In this document: in pieces, positions 1 to 11,600 of the stretch
Position numbering within the stretch: the stretch's first letter is position 1
Layout: each line of letters starts with the position of its first letter
Origin: the human T2T-CHM13v2.0 reference genome, Homo sapiens
Assembly (NCBI RefSeq): GCF_009914755.1
Contig: NC_060941.1
Direction: 5' to 3' (one strand)
Length of the DNA: 64,000 nt
The notes under the pieces: model-generated
The model's database searches: none
Told to the model about the DNA's origin: nothing
Seen by the model: only the letters and a program-made list of their open reading frames with translations
Position numbers and translations under genes: made by a program

Positions 1-780
1 ACTGCATTCAACTCACGGAGTTGAACACTCCTTTTGAGAGCGCAGTTTTGAAACTCTCTTTCTGTGGCATCTGCAAGGGGACATGTAGACCTCTTTGAAG
101 ATTTCGTTGGAAACGGAATCATCTTCACATAAAAACTATACAGATGCATTCTCAGGAACTTTTTGGTGATGTTTGTATTCAACTCCCAGAGTTGAACTTT
201 CCTTTGGAAAGAGCAGCTATGAAACACTCTTTTTCTAGAATCTGCAAGTGGACGTTTGGAGGGCTTTGTGGTTTGTGGTGGAAAAGGAAATATCTTCACC
301 TAAATACTAGATAGAAGCATTCTCAGAAACTACTTTGTGATGATTGCATTCACCTCACAGAGTTGAACATTCCTATTGATAGAGCAGTTTGGAAACACTC
401 TTGTTGTGGAATGTGCAAGTGGAGATTTGGAGCGCTTTGAGGCCTATGGTAGTAAAGGGAATAGCTTCATAGAAAAACTAGACAGAAGCATTCTCAGAAA
501 ATACTTTGTGATGATTGAGTTTAACTCACAGAGCTGAACATTCCTTTGGATGGAGCAGGTTTGAGACACACTTTTTGTAGAATCTACAAGTGGATATTTG
601 GACCTCTCTGAGGATTTCGTTGGAAACGCGATAACTGCACCTAACTAAACGGAAGCATTCTCAGAAACTTCTTGGTGATGTTTGCATTCAAATCCCAGAG
701 TTGAACCTTCCTGTGATAGTTCAGGTTTGAAACACTCTTTTTGTAGGATCTGCAAGTGGATATTTGGACCACTCTGTGGC

Positions 781-797
781 CTTCGTTCCAAACGGGT
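781..797 (+). promoter_or_regulatory. CENP-B box, intact core (m4); recurs in most HOR units
   Basis: CTTCGTTCCAAACGGGT (CTTCGTTCGAAACGGGT in other copies) fits the core nTTCGnnnnAnnCGGGn. Confidence 0.85.
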
Positions 798-1293
798 ACA
801 TCTTCACATAAAATCTAGACAGAAGACTTCTCAGAACCTTCTCTGTGATGATTGCATTCAACTCACAGATTTGAACCCTCCTATGGATAGAACAGTGTTG
901 AAACTCTCTTTTTGTGGAATCTGCAAGTGGATATGTGGACCTCTCCGAAGATGTCTTTGGAAACGGGAATATCTTCACCTAAAAACTAAACAGAAGCATT
1001 CTCAGAAACTTCTCTGTGATGTTTGTGTTCAACTCCCAGAGTTTCACATTGCTTTTCATAGAGTAGTTCTGAAACATGCTTTTCGTAGTGTCTGCAAGTG
1101 GACATTTGGAGCGCTTTCAGGCCTGTGGTGGAAAACGAATTATGGTCCCATAAAAACTGGAGAGAAGCATTGTCAGAAACTTCTTTGTGATGATTGCATT
1201 CAACTCACAGAGATGAAGGTTCCTTTACAAACAGCAGTTTCCAAACACTCTTTCTGTGGAATCTGCAAGTGGATATTTGGACCTCTTTGAAGA

Positions 1294-1310
1294 TTTCGTT
1301 GGAAACGGGA
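1294..1310 (+). promoter_or_regulatory. CENP-B box, canonical (m7); recurs in most HOR units
   Basis: TTTCGTTGGAAACGGGA. Confidence 0.92.
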
Positions 1311-1806
1311 GAATCTTCACAGAAAAGCTAAACAGAAGCATTCTCAGAAACTTCTTTGTGATGCTTGCATTCAACTCACAGAGTTGAACTTTCCTTTCGA
1401 GAGAGAAGCTTTGAAACACTCTTTTTCCAGAATCTGCAAGTGGACATTTGGAGGGCTTTGAGGCCTGTGGTGGAAAAGGAATTAACTTCCCGTAAAAGCT
1501 AGATAGAAGCATTCTCAGAAACTACTTTGTGATGATTGCATTCAAGTCACAGAGTTGAACATTCCCTTTGACAGAGCAGTTTGGAAACTCTCTTTCTGTA
1601 GAATCTGCAAGTGGAGATATGGACCGCTTTGAGGCCTATGGTAGTAAAGGAAATAGCTTCATATAAAAGCTAGACAGTAGCATTCACAGAAAACTCTTGG
1701 TGACGACTGAGTTTAACTCACAGAGCTGAACATTCCTTTGGATGGAGCAGTTTCGAAACACACTATTTGTAGAATGTGCAAGTGGATATTTGGGCCTCTC
1801 TGAGGA

Positions 1807-1823
1807 TTTCGTTGGAAACGGGA
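1807..1823 (+). promoter_or_regulatory. CENP-B box, canonical (m10)
   Basis: TTTCGTTGGAAACGGGA. Confidence 0.92.
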
Positions 1824-1973
1824 TAAACCGCACAGAACTAAACAGAAGCATTCTCAGAACCTTCTTCGTGATGTTTGCATTCAACTCACAGTGTTGAACC
1901 TTTCTTTGATAGTTCAGGTTTGAAACGGTCTTTCTGTAGAAACTGCAAGTAGATCTTTGGACCTCTCTGAGGA

Positions 1974-1990
1974 TTTCGTTGGAAACGGGA
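1974..1990 (+). promoter_or_regulatory. CENP-B box, canonical (m11)
   Basis: TTTCGTTGGAAACGGGA. Confidence 0.92.
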
Positions 1991-2141
1991 TAACCCACAC
2001 AGAACTAAAACAGAAGCATTCTCAGAACCCTCTTCGTGATGTTTGCATTCAACTCACAGTGCTGAACCTTTCTTTGATAGTTCAGCTTTGAAACACTCTT
2101 CTTGTAGAAACTGCAAGTGGATATTTGGTCCTCTCTGAGGA

Positions 2142-2158
2142 TTTCGTTGGAAACGGGA
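2142..2158 (+). promoter_or_regulatory. CENP-B box, canonical (m12)
   Basis: TTTCGTTGGAAACGGGA. Confidence 0.92.
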
Positions 2159-2479
2159 TAAACCGCACAGAACTAAACAGAAGCATTCTCAGAACCTTCT
2201 TCATGATGTCTGCATTCAACTCACAGTGTGGAACCTTTCTTTGATAGTTCAGGTTTGAAACACTCTTTTTGTAGAAACTGCAAGGGGATAATTGCACTTC
2301 TTTGAGGCCTACCGTAGTAAAGGAAATAACTTCCTATAGAAAGAAGACAGAAGCTTTCTCAGAAAATTCTTTGGGATGATTGAGTGGAACTCACAGAGCT
2401 GAACATTCCTTGCGATGTAGCAGTTTAGAAACACACTTTCTGCAGAATCTGCAAGTGCATATTTGGACCTCTCTGAGGA

Positions 2480-2496
2480 ATTCGTTGGAAACGGGA
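2480..2496 (+). promoter_or_regulatory. CENP-B box, intact core (m14), overlapping the HOR-defining EcoRI site at 2478-2483
   Basis: GA-ATTCGTTGGAAACGGGA; core TTCG....A..CGGG intact. Confidence 0.88.
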
Positions 2497-2645
2497 TAAT
2501 TTCAGCTGACTAAACAGAAGCAGTCTCAGAATCTTCTTTGTGATGTTTGCATTCAAATCCCAGAGTTGAACTTTCCTTTCAAAGTTCACGTTTGAAACAC
2601 TCTTTTTGCAGGATCTACAAGTGGATATTTGGACCACTCTGTGTC

Positions 2646-2662
2646 CTTCGTTCGAAACGGGT
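2646..2662 (+). promoter_or_regulatory. CENP-B box, intact core (m15)
   Basis: CTTCGTTCGAAACGGGT. Confidence 0.85.
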
Positions 2663-2699
2663 ATATCTTCACATGACATCTAGACAGAAGCATTCTCAG

Positions 2700-5600
2700 A
2701 AGCTTCTCTGTGATGACTGCATTCAACTCACGGAGTTGAACACTCCTTTTGAGAGCGCAGTTTTGAAACTCTCTTTCTGTGGCATCTGCAAGGGGACATG
2801 TAGACCTCTTTGAAGATTTCATTGGAAACGGAATCATCTTCACATAAAAACTATACAGATGCATTCTCAGGAACTTTTTGGTGATGTTTGTATTCAACTC
2901 CCAGAGTTGAACTTTCCTTTGGAAAGAGCAGCTATGAAACACTCTTTTTCTAGAATCTGCAAGTGGACGTTTGGAGGGCTTTGTGGTTTGTGGTGGAAAA
3001 GGAAATATCTTCACCTAAATACTACATAGAAGCATTCTCAGAAACTACTTTGTGATGATTGCATTCACCTCACAGAGTTGAACATTCCTATTGATAGAGC
3101 AGTTTGGAAACACTCTTGTTGTGGAATGTGCAAGTGGAGATTTGGAGCGCTTTGAGGCCTATGGTAGTAAAGGGAATAGCTTCATAGAAAAACTAGACAG
3201 AAGCATTCTCAGAAAATACTTTGTGATGATTGAGTTTAACTCACAGAGCTGAACATTCCTTTGGATGGAGCAGGTTTGAGACACACTTTTTGTAGAATCT
3301 ACAAGTGGATATTTGGACCTCTCTGAGGATTTCGTTGGAAACGCGATAACTGCACCTAACTAAACGGAAGCATTCTCAGAAACTTCTTGGTGATGTTTGC
3401 ATTCAAATCCCAGAGTTGAACCTTCCTGTGATAGTTCAGGTTTGAAACACTCTTTTTGTAGGATCTGCAAGTGGATATTTGGACCACTCTGTGGCCTTCG
3501 TTCGAAACGGGTACATCTTCACATAAAATCTAGACAGAAGCCTTCTCAGAAACTTCTCTGTGATGATTGCATTCAACTCACAGATTTGAACCCTCCTATG
3601 GATAGAGCAGTGTTGAAACTCTCTTTTTGTGGAATCTGCAAGTGGATATGTGGACCTCTCCGAAGATGTCTTTGGAAACGGGAATATCTTCACATAAAAA
3701 CTAAACAGAAGCATTCTCAGAAACTTCTCTGTGATGTTTGTGTTCAACTCCCAGAGTTTCACATTGCTTTTCATAGAGTAGTTCTGAAACATGCTTTTCG
3801 TAGTGTCTGCAAGTGGACATTTGGAGCGCTTTCAGGCCTGTGGTGGAAAACGAATTATGGTCACATAAAAACTGGAGAGAAGCATTGTCAGAAACTTCTT
3901 TGTGATGATTGCATTCAACTCACAGAGATGAAGGTTCCTTTACAAACAGCAGTTTCCAAACACTCTTTCTGTGGAATCTGCAAATGGATATTTGGACCTC
4001 TTTGAAGATTTCGTTGGAAACGGGAGAATCTTCACAGAAAAGCTAAACAGAAGCATTCTCAGAAACTTCTTTGTGATGCTTGCATTCAACTCACAGAGTT
4101 GAACTTTCCTTTCGAGAGAGAAGCTTTGAAACACTCTTTTTCCAGAATCTGCAAGTGGACATTTGGAGGGCTTTGAGGCCTGTGGTGGAAAAGGAATTAA
4201 CTTCCCGTAAAAGCTAGATAGAAGCATTCTCAGAAACTACTTTGTGATGATTGCATTCAAGTCACAGAGTTGAACATTCCCTTTGACAGAGCAGTTTGGA
4301 AACTCTCTTTCTGTAGAATCTGCAAGTGGAGATATGGACCGCTTTGAGGCCTATGGTAGTAAAGGAAATAGCTTCATATAAAAGCTAGACAGTAGCATTC
4401 ACAGAAAACTCTTGGTGACGACTGAGTTTAACTCACAGAGCTGAACATTCCTTTGGATGGAGCAGTTTCGAAACACACTATTTGTAGAATGTGCAAGTGG
4501 ATATTTGGGCCTCTCTGAGGATTTCGTTGGAAACGGGATAAACCGCACAGAACTAAACAGAAGCATTCTCAGAACCTTCTTCGTGATGTTTGCATTCAAC
4601 TCACAGTGTTGAACCTTTCTTTGATAGTTCAGGTTTGAAACGGTCTTTCTGTAGAAACTGCAAGTAGATATTTGGACCTCTCTGAGGATTTCGTTGGAAA
4701 CGGGATAACCCGCACAGAACTAAAACAGAAGCATTCTCAGAACCCTCTTCGTGATGTTTGCATTCAACTCACACTGGTGAACCTTTCTTTGATAGTTCAG
4801 CTTTGAAACACTCTTCTTGTAGAAACTGCAAGTGGATATTTGGTCCTTTCTGAGGATTTCGTTGGAAAAGGGATAAACCGCACAGAACTAAACAGAAGCA
4901 TTCTCAGAACCTTCTTCGTGATGTCTGCATTCAACTCACAGTGTGGAACCTTTCTTTGATAGTTCAGGTTTGAAACACTCTTTTTGTAGAAACTGCAAGG
5001 GGATAATTGCACTTCTTTGAGGCCTACCGTAGTAAAGGAAATAACTTCCTATAGAAAGAAGACAGAAGCTTTCTCAGAAAATTCTTTGGGATGATTGAGT
5101 GGAACTCACAGAGCTGAACATTCCTTGTGATGTAGCAGTTTAGAAACACACTTTCTGCAGAATCTGCAAGTGCATATTTGGACCTCTCTGAGGAATTCGT
5201 TGGAAACGGGATAATTTCAGCTGACTAAACAGAAGCAGTCTCAGAATCCTCTTTGTGATGTTTGCATTCAAATCCCAGAGTTGAACTTTCCTTTCAAAGT
5301 TCACGTTTGAAACACTCTTTTTGCAGGATCTACAAGTGGATATTTGGACCACTCTGTGTCCTTCGTTTGAAACGGGTATATCTTCACATGACATCTAGAC
5401 AGAAGCATTCTCAGAAGCTTCTCTGTGATGACTGCATTCAACTCACGGAGTTGAACACTCCTTTTGAGAGCGCAGTTTTGAAACTCTCTTTCTGTGGCAT
5501 CTGCAAGGGGACATGTAGACCTCTTTGAAGATTTCGTTGGAAACGGAATCATCTTCACATAAAAACTATACAGATGCATTCTCAGGAACTTTTTGGTGAT

Positions 5601-8600
5601 GTTTGTATTCAACTCCCAGAGTTGAACTTTCCTTTGGAAAGAGCAGCTATGAAACACTCTTTTTCTACAATCTGCAAGTGGACGTTTGGAGGGCTTTGTG
5701 GTTTGTGGTGGAAAAGGAAATATCTTCACCTAAATACTAGATAGAAGCATTCTCAGAAACTACTTTGTGATGATTGCATTCACCTCACAGAGTTGAACAT
5801 TCCTATTGATAGAGCAGTTTGGAAACACTCTTGTTGTGGAATGTGCAAGTGGAGATTTGGAGCGCTTTGAGGCCTATGGTAGTAAAGGGAATAGCTTCAT
5901 AGAAAAACTAGACAGAAGCATTCTCAGAAAATACTTTGTGATGATTGAGTTTAACTCACAGAGCTGAACATTCCTTTGGATGGAGCAGGTTTGAGACACA
6001 CTTTTTGTACAATCTACAAGTGGATATTTGGACCTCTCTGAGGATTTCGTTGGAAACGCGATAACTGCAACTAACTAAACGGAAGCATTCTCAGAAACTT
6101 CTTGGTGATGTTTGCATTCAAATCCCAGAGTTGAACCTTCCTGTGATAGTTCAGGTTTGAAACACTCTTTTTGTAGGATCTGCAAGTGGATATTTGGACC
6201 ACTCTGTGGCCTTCATTCGAAACGGGTACATCTTCACATAAAATCTAGACAGAAGCCTTCTCAGAAACTTCTCTGTGATGATTGCATTCAACTCACAGAT
6301 TTGAACCCTCCTATGGATAGAGCAGTGTTGAAACTCTCTTTTTGTGGAATCTGCAAGTGGATATGTGGACCTCTCCGAAGATGTCTTTGGAAACGGGAAT
6401 ATCTTCACATAAAAACTAAACAGAAGCATTCTCAGAAACTTCTCTGTGATGTTTGTGTTCAACTCCCAGAGTTTCACATTGCTTTTCATAGAGTAGTTCT
6501 GAAACATAATTTTCGTAGTGTCTGCAAGTGGACATTTGGAGCGCTTTCAGGCCTGTGGTGGAAAACGAATTATGGTCCCATAAAAACTGGAGAGAAGCAT
6601 TGTCAGAAACTTCTTTGTGATGATTGCATTCAACTCACAGAGATGAAGGTTCCTTTACAAACAGCAGTTTCCAAACACTCTTTCTGTGGAATCTGCAAGT
6701 GGATATTTGGACCTCTTTGAAGATTTCGTTGGAAACGGGAGAATCTTCACAGAAAAGCTAAACAGAAGCATTCTCAGAAACTTCTTTGTGATGCTTGCAT
6801 TCAACTCACAGAGTTGAACTTTCCTTTCGAGAGAGAAGCTTTGAAACACTCTTTTTCCAGAATCTGCAAGTGGACATTTGGAGGGCTTTGAGGCCTGTGG
6901 TGGAAAAGGAATTAACTTCCCGTAAAAGCTAGATAGAAGCATTCTCAGAAACTACTTTGTGATGATTGCATTCAAGTCTCAGAGTTGAACATTCCCTTTC
7001 ACAGAGCAGTTTGGAAACTCTCTTTCTGTAGAATCTGCAAGTGGAGATATGGACCGCTTTGAGGCCTATGGTAGTAAAGGAAATAGCTTCATATAAAAGC
7101 TAGACAGTAGCATTCACAGAAAACTCTTGGTGACGACTGAGTTTAACTCACAGAGCTGAACATTCCTTTGGATGGAGCAGTTTCGAAACACACTATTTGT
7201 AGAATGTGCAAGTGGATATTTGGGCCTCTCTGAGGATTTCGTTGGAAACGGGATAAACCGCACAGAACTAAACAGAAGCATTCTCAGAACCTTCTTCGTG
7301 ATGTTTGCATTCAACTCACAGTGTTGAACCTTTCTTTGATAGTTCAGGTTTGAAACGGTCTTTCTGTAGAAACTGCAAGTAGATATTTGGACCTCTCTGA
7401 GGATTTCGTTGGAAACGGTATAACCCGCACAGAACTAAAACAGAAGCATTCTCAGAACCCTCTTCGTGATGTTTGCATTCAACTCACAGTGCTGAACCTT
7501 TCTTTGATAGTTCAGCTTTGAAACACTCTTCTTGTAGAAACTGCAAGTGGATATTTGGTCCTCTCTGAGGATTTCGTTGGAAACGGGATAAACCGCACAG
7601 AACTAAACAGAAGCATTCTCAGAACCTTCTTCGTGATGTCTGCATTCAACTCACAGTGTGGAACCTTTCTTTGACAGTTCAGGTTTGAAACACTCTTTTT
7701 GTAGAAACTGCAAGGGGATAATTGCACTTCTTTGAGGCCTACCGTAGTAAAGGAAATAACTTCCTATAGAAAGAAGACAGAAGCTTTCTCAGAAAATTCT
7801 TTGGGATGATTGAGTGGAACTCACAGAGCTGAACATTCCTTGCGATGTAGCAGTTTAGAAACACACTTTCTGCAGAATCTGCAAGTGCATATTTGGACCT
7901 CTCTGAGGAATTCGTTGGAAACGGGATAATTTCAGCTGACTAAACAGAAGCAGTCTCAGAATCTTCTTTGTGATGTTTGCATTCAAATCCCAGAGTTCAA
8001 CTTTCCTTTCAAAGTTCACGTTTGAAACACTCTTTTTGCAGGATCTACAAGTGGATATTTGGACCACTCTGTGTCCTTCGTTCGAAACGGGTATATCTTC
8101 ACATGACATCTAGACAGAAGCATTCTCAGAAGCTTCTCTGTGATGACTGCATTCAACTCACGGAGTTGAACACTCCTTTTGAGAGCGCAGTTTTGAAACT
8201 CTCTTTCTGTGGCATCTGCAAGGGGACATGTAGACCTCTTTGAAGATTTCATTGGAAACGGAATCATCTTCACATAAAAACTATACAGATGCATTCTCAG
8301 GAACTTTTTGGTGATGTTTGTATTCAACTCCCAGAGTTGAACTTTCCTTTGGAAAGAGCAGCTATGAAACACTCTTTTTCTAGAATCTGCAAGTGGACGT
8401 TTGGAGGGCTTTGTGGTTTGTGGTGGAAAAGGAAATATCTTCACCTAAATACTACATAGAAGCATTCTCAGAAACTACTTTGTGATGATTGCATTCACCT
8501 CACAGAGTTGAACATTCCTATTGATAGAGCAGTTTGGAAACACTCTTGTTGTGGAATGTGCAAGTGGAGATTTGGAGCGCTTTGAGGCCTATGGTAGTAA

Positions 8601-11600
8601 AGGGAATAGCTTCATAGAAAAACTAGACAGAAGCATTCTCAGAAAATACTTTGTGATGATTGAGTTTAACTCACAGAGCTGAACATTCCTTTGGATGGAG
8701 CAGGTTTGAGACACACTTTTTGTAGAATCTACAAGTGGATATTTGGACCTCTCTGAGGATTTCGTTGGAAACGCGATAACTGCACCTAACTAAACGGAAG
8801 CATTCTCAGAAACTTCTTGGTGATGTTTGCATTCAAATCCCAGAGTTGAACCTTCCTGTGATAGTTCAGGTTTGAAACACTCTTTTTGTAGGATCTGCAA
8901 GTGGATATTTGGACCACTCTGTGGCCTTCGTTCGAAACGGGTACATCTTCACATAAAATCTAGACAGAAGCCTTCTCAGAAACTTCTCTGTGATGATTGC
9001 ATTCAACTCACAGATTTGAACCCTCCTATGGATAGAGCAGTGTTGAAACTCTCTTTTTGTGGAATCTGCAAGTGGATATGTGGACCTCTCCGAAGATGTC
9101 TTTGGAAACGGGAATATCTTCACATAAAAACTAAACAGAAGCATTCTCAGAAACTTCTCTGTGATGTTTGTGTTCAACTCCCAGAGTTTCACATTGCTTT
9201 TCATAGAGTAGTTCTGAAACATGCTTTTCGTAGTGTCTGCAAGTGGACATTTGGAGCGCTTTCAGGCCTGTGGTGGAAAACGAATTATGGTCACATAAAA
9301 ACTGGAGAGAAGCATTGTCAGAAACTTCTTTGTGATGATTGCATTCAACTCACAGAGATGAAGGTTCCTTTACAAACAGCAGTTTCCAAACACTCTTTCT
9401 GTGGAATCTGCAAATGGATATTTGGACCTCTTTGAAGATTTCGTTGGAAACGGGAGAATCTTCACAGAAAAGCTAAACAGAAGCATTCTCAGAAACTTCT
9501 TTGTGATGCTTGCATTCAACTCACAGAGTTGAACTTTCCTTTCGAGAGAGAAGCTTTGAAACACTCTTTTTCCAGAATCTGCAAGTGGACATTTGGAGGG
9601 CTTTGAGGCCTGTGGTGGAAAAGGAATTAACTTCCCGTAAAAGCTAGATAGAAGCATTCTCAGAAACTACTTTGTGATGATTGCATTCAAGTCACAGAGT
9701 TGAACATTCCCTTTGACAGAGCAGTTTGGAAACTCTCTTTCTGTAGAATCTGCAAGTGGAGATATGGACCGCTTTGAGGCCTATGGTAGTAAAGGAAATA
9801 GCTTCATATAAAAGCTAGACAGTAGCATTCACAGAAAACTCTTGGTGACGACTGAGTTTAACTCACAGAGCTGAACATTCCTTTGGATGGAGCAGTTTCG
9901 AAACACACTATTTGTAGAATGTGCAAGTGGATATTTGGGCCTCTCTGAGGATTTCGTTGGAAACGGGATAAACCGCACAGAACTAAACAGAAGCATTCTC
10001 AGAACCTTCTTCGTGATGTTTGCATTCAACTCACAGTGTTGAACCTTTCTTTGATAGTTCAGGTTTGAAACGGTCTTTCTGTAGAAACTGCAAGTAGATA
10101 TTTGGACCTCTCTGAGGATTTCGTTGGAAACGGGATAACCCGCACAGAACTAAAACAGAAGCATTCTCAGAACCCTCTTCGTGATGTTTGCATTCAACTC
10201 ACAGTGCTGAACCTTTCTTTGATAGTTCAGCTTTGAAACACTCTTCTTGTAGAAACTGCAAGTGGATATTTGGTCCTTTCTGAGGATTTCGTTGGAAACG
10301 GGATAAACCGCACAGAACTAAACAGAAGCATTCTCAGAACCTTCTTCGTGATGTCTGCATTCAACTCACAGTGTGGAACCTTTCTTTGATAGTTCAGGTT
10401 TGAAACACTCTTTTTGTAGAAACTGCAAGGGGATAATTGCACTTCTTTGAGGCCTACCGTAGTAAAGGAAATAACTTCCTATAGAAAGAAGACACAAGCT
10501 TTCTCAGAAAATTCTTTGGGATGATTGAGTGGAACTCACAGAGCTGAACATTCCTTGTGATGTAGCAGTTTAGAAACACACTTTCTGCAGAATCTGTAAG
10601 TGCATATTTGGACCTCTCTGAGGAATTCGTTGGAAACGGGATAATTTCAGCTGACTAAACAGAAGCAGTCTCAGAATCTTCTTTGTGATGTTTGCATTCA
10701 AATCCCAGAGTTGAACTTTCCTTTCAAAGTTCACGTTTGAAACACTCTTTTTGCAGGATCTACAAGTGGATATTTGGACCACTCTGTGTCCTTCGTTTGA
10801 AACGGGTATATCTTCACATGACATCTAGACAGAAGCATTCTCAGAAGCTTCTCTGTGATGACTGCATTCAACTCACGGAGTTGAACACTCCTTTTGAGAG
10901 CGCAGTTTTGAAACTCTCTTTCTGTGGCATCTGCAAGGGGACATGTAGACCTCTTTGAAGATTTCGTTGGAAACGGAATCATCTTCACATAAAAACTATA
11001 CAGATGCATTCTCAGGAACTTTTTGGTGATGTTTGTATTCAACTCCCAGAGTTGAACTTTCCTTTGGAAAGAGCAGCTATGAAACACTCTTTTTCTACAA
11101 TCTGCAAGTGGACGTTTGGAGGGCTTTGTGGTTTGTGGTGGAAAAGGAAATATCTTCACCTAAATACTAGATAGAAGCATTCTCAGAAACTACTTTGTGA
11201 TGATTGCATTCACCTCACAGAGTTGAACATTCCTATTGATAGAGCAGTTTGGAAACACTCTTGTTGTGGAATGTGCAAGTGGAGATTTGGAGCGCTTTGA
11301 GGCCTATGGTAGTAAAGGGAATAGCTTCATAGAAAAACTAGACAGAAGCATTCTCAGAAAATACTTTGTGATGATTGAGTTTAACTCACAGAGCTGAACA
11401 TTCCTTTGGATGGAGCAGGTTTGAGACACACTTTTTGTAGAATCTACAAGTGGATATTTGGACCTCTCTGAGGATTTCGTTGGAAACGCGATAACTGCAA
11501 CTAACTAAACGGAAGCATTCTCAGAAACTTCTTGGTGATGTTTGCATTCAAATCCCAGAGTTGAACCTTCCTGTGATAGTTCAGGTTTGAAACACTCTTT

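Larger units (their letters stand above)
1785..2285 (+). repeat. Internal triplication of a ~167-168-bp monomer within the HOR (approximate ends)
   Basis: Three close copies of ...CTCTCTGAGGATTTCGTTGGAAACGGGATAA(A/C)CCGCACAGAACTAAA(A)CAGAAGCATTCTCAGAACC(T/C)TCTTCGTGATG...TTTCTTTGATAGTTCAG...GTAGAAACTGCAAG. They are much more alike than other neighbouring monomers and are present in every 16-mer and 14-mer. Confidence 0.88.
147..2861 (+). repeat. One representative canonical 16-mer HOR unit (monomers m1-m16, my numbering)
   Basis: Monomer starts read at 147, 318, 489, 656, 826, 997, 1168, 1339, 1510, 1681, 1849, 2017, 2184, 2354, 2521, 2691, next unit 2862. Lengths 171,171,167,170,171,171,171,171,171,168,168,167,170,167,170,171 sum to 2715. 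Confidence 0.95.

Noticed and set aside
1750-1759. Perfect 10-bp palindrome GTTTCGAAAC in m10 and related GTTT(G/C)NAAAC dyads in most monomers
   Set aside because: Short dyad symmetry at this position is a general property of alpha satellite monomers. Nothing here supports a specific structure or function.
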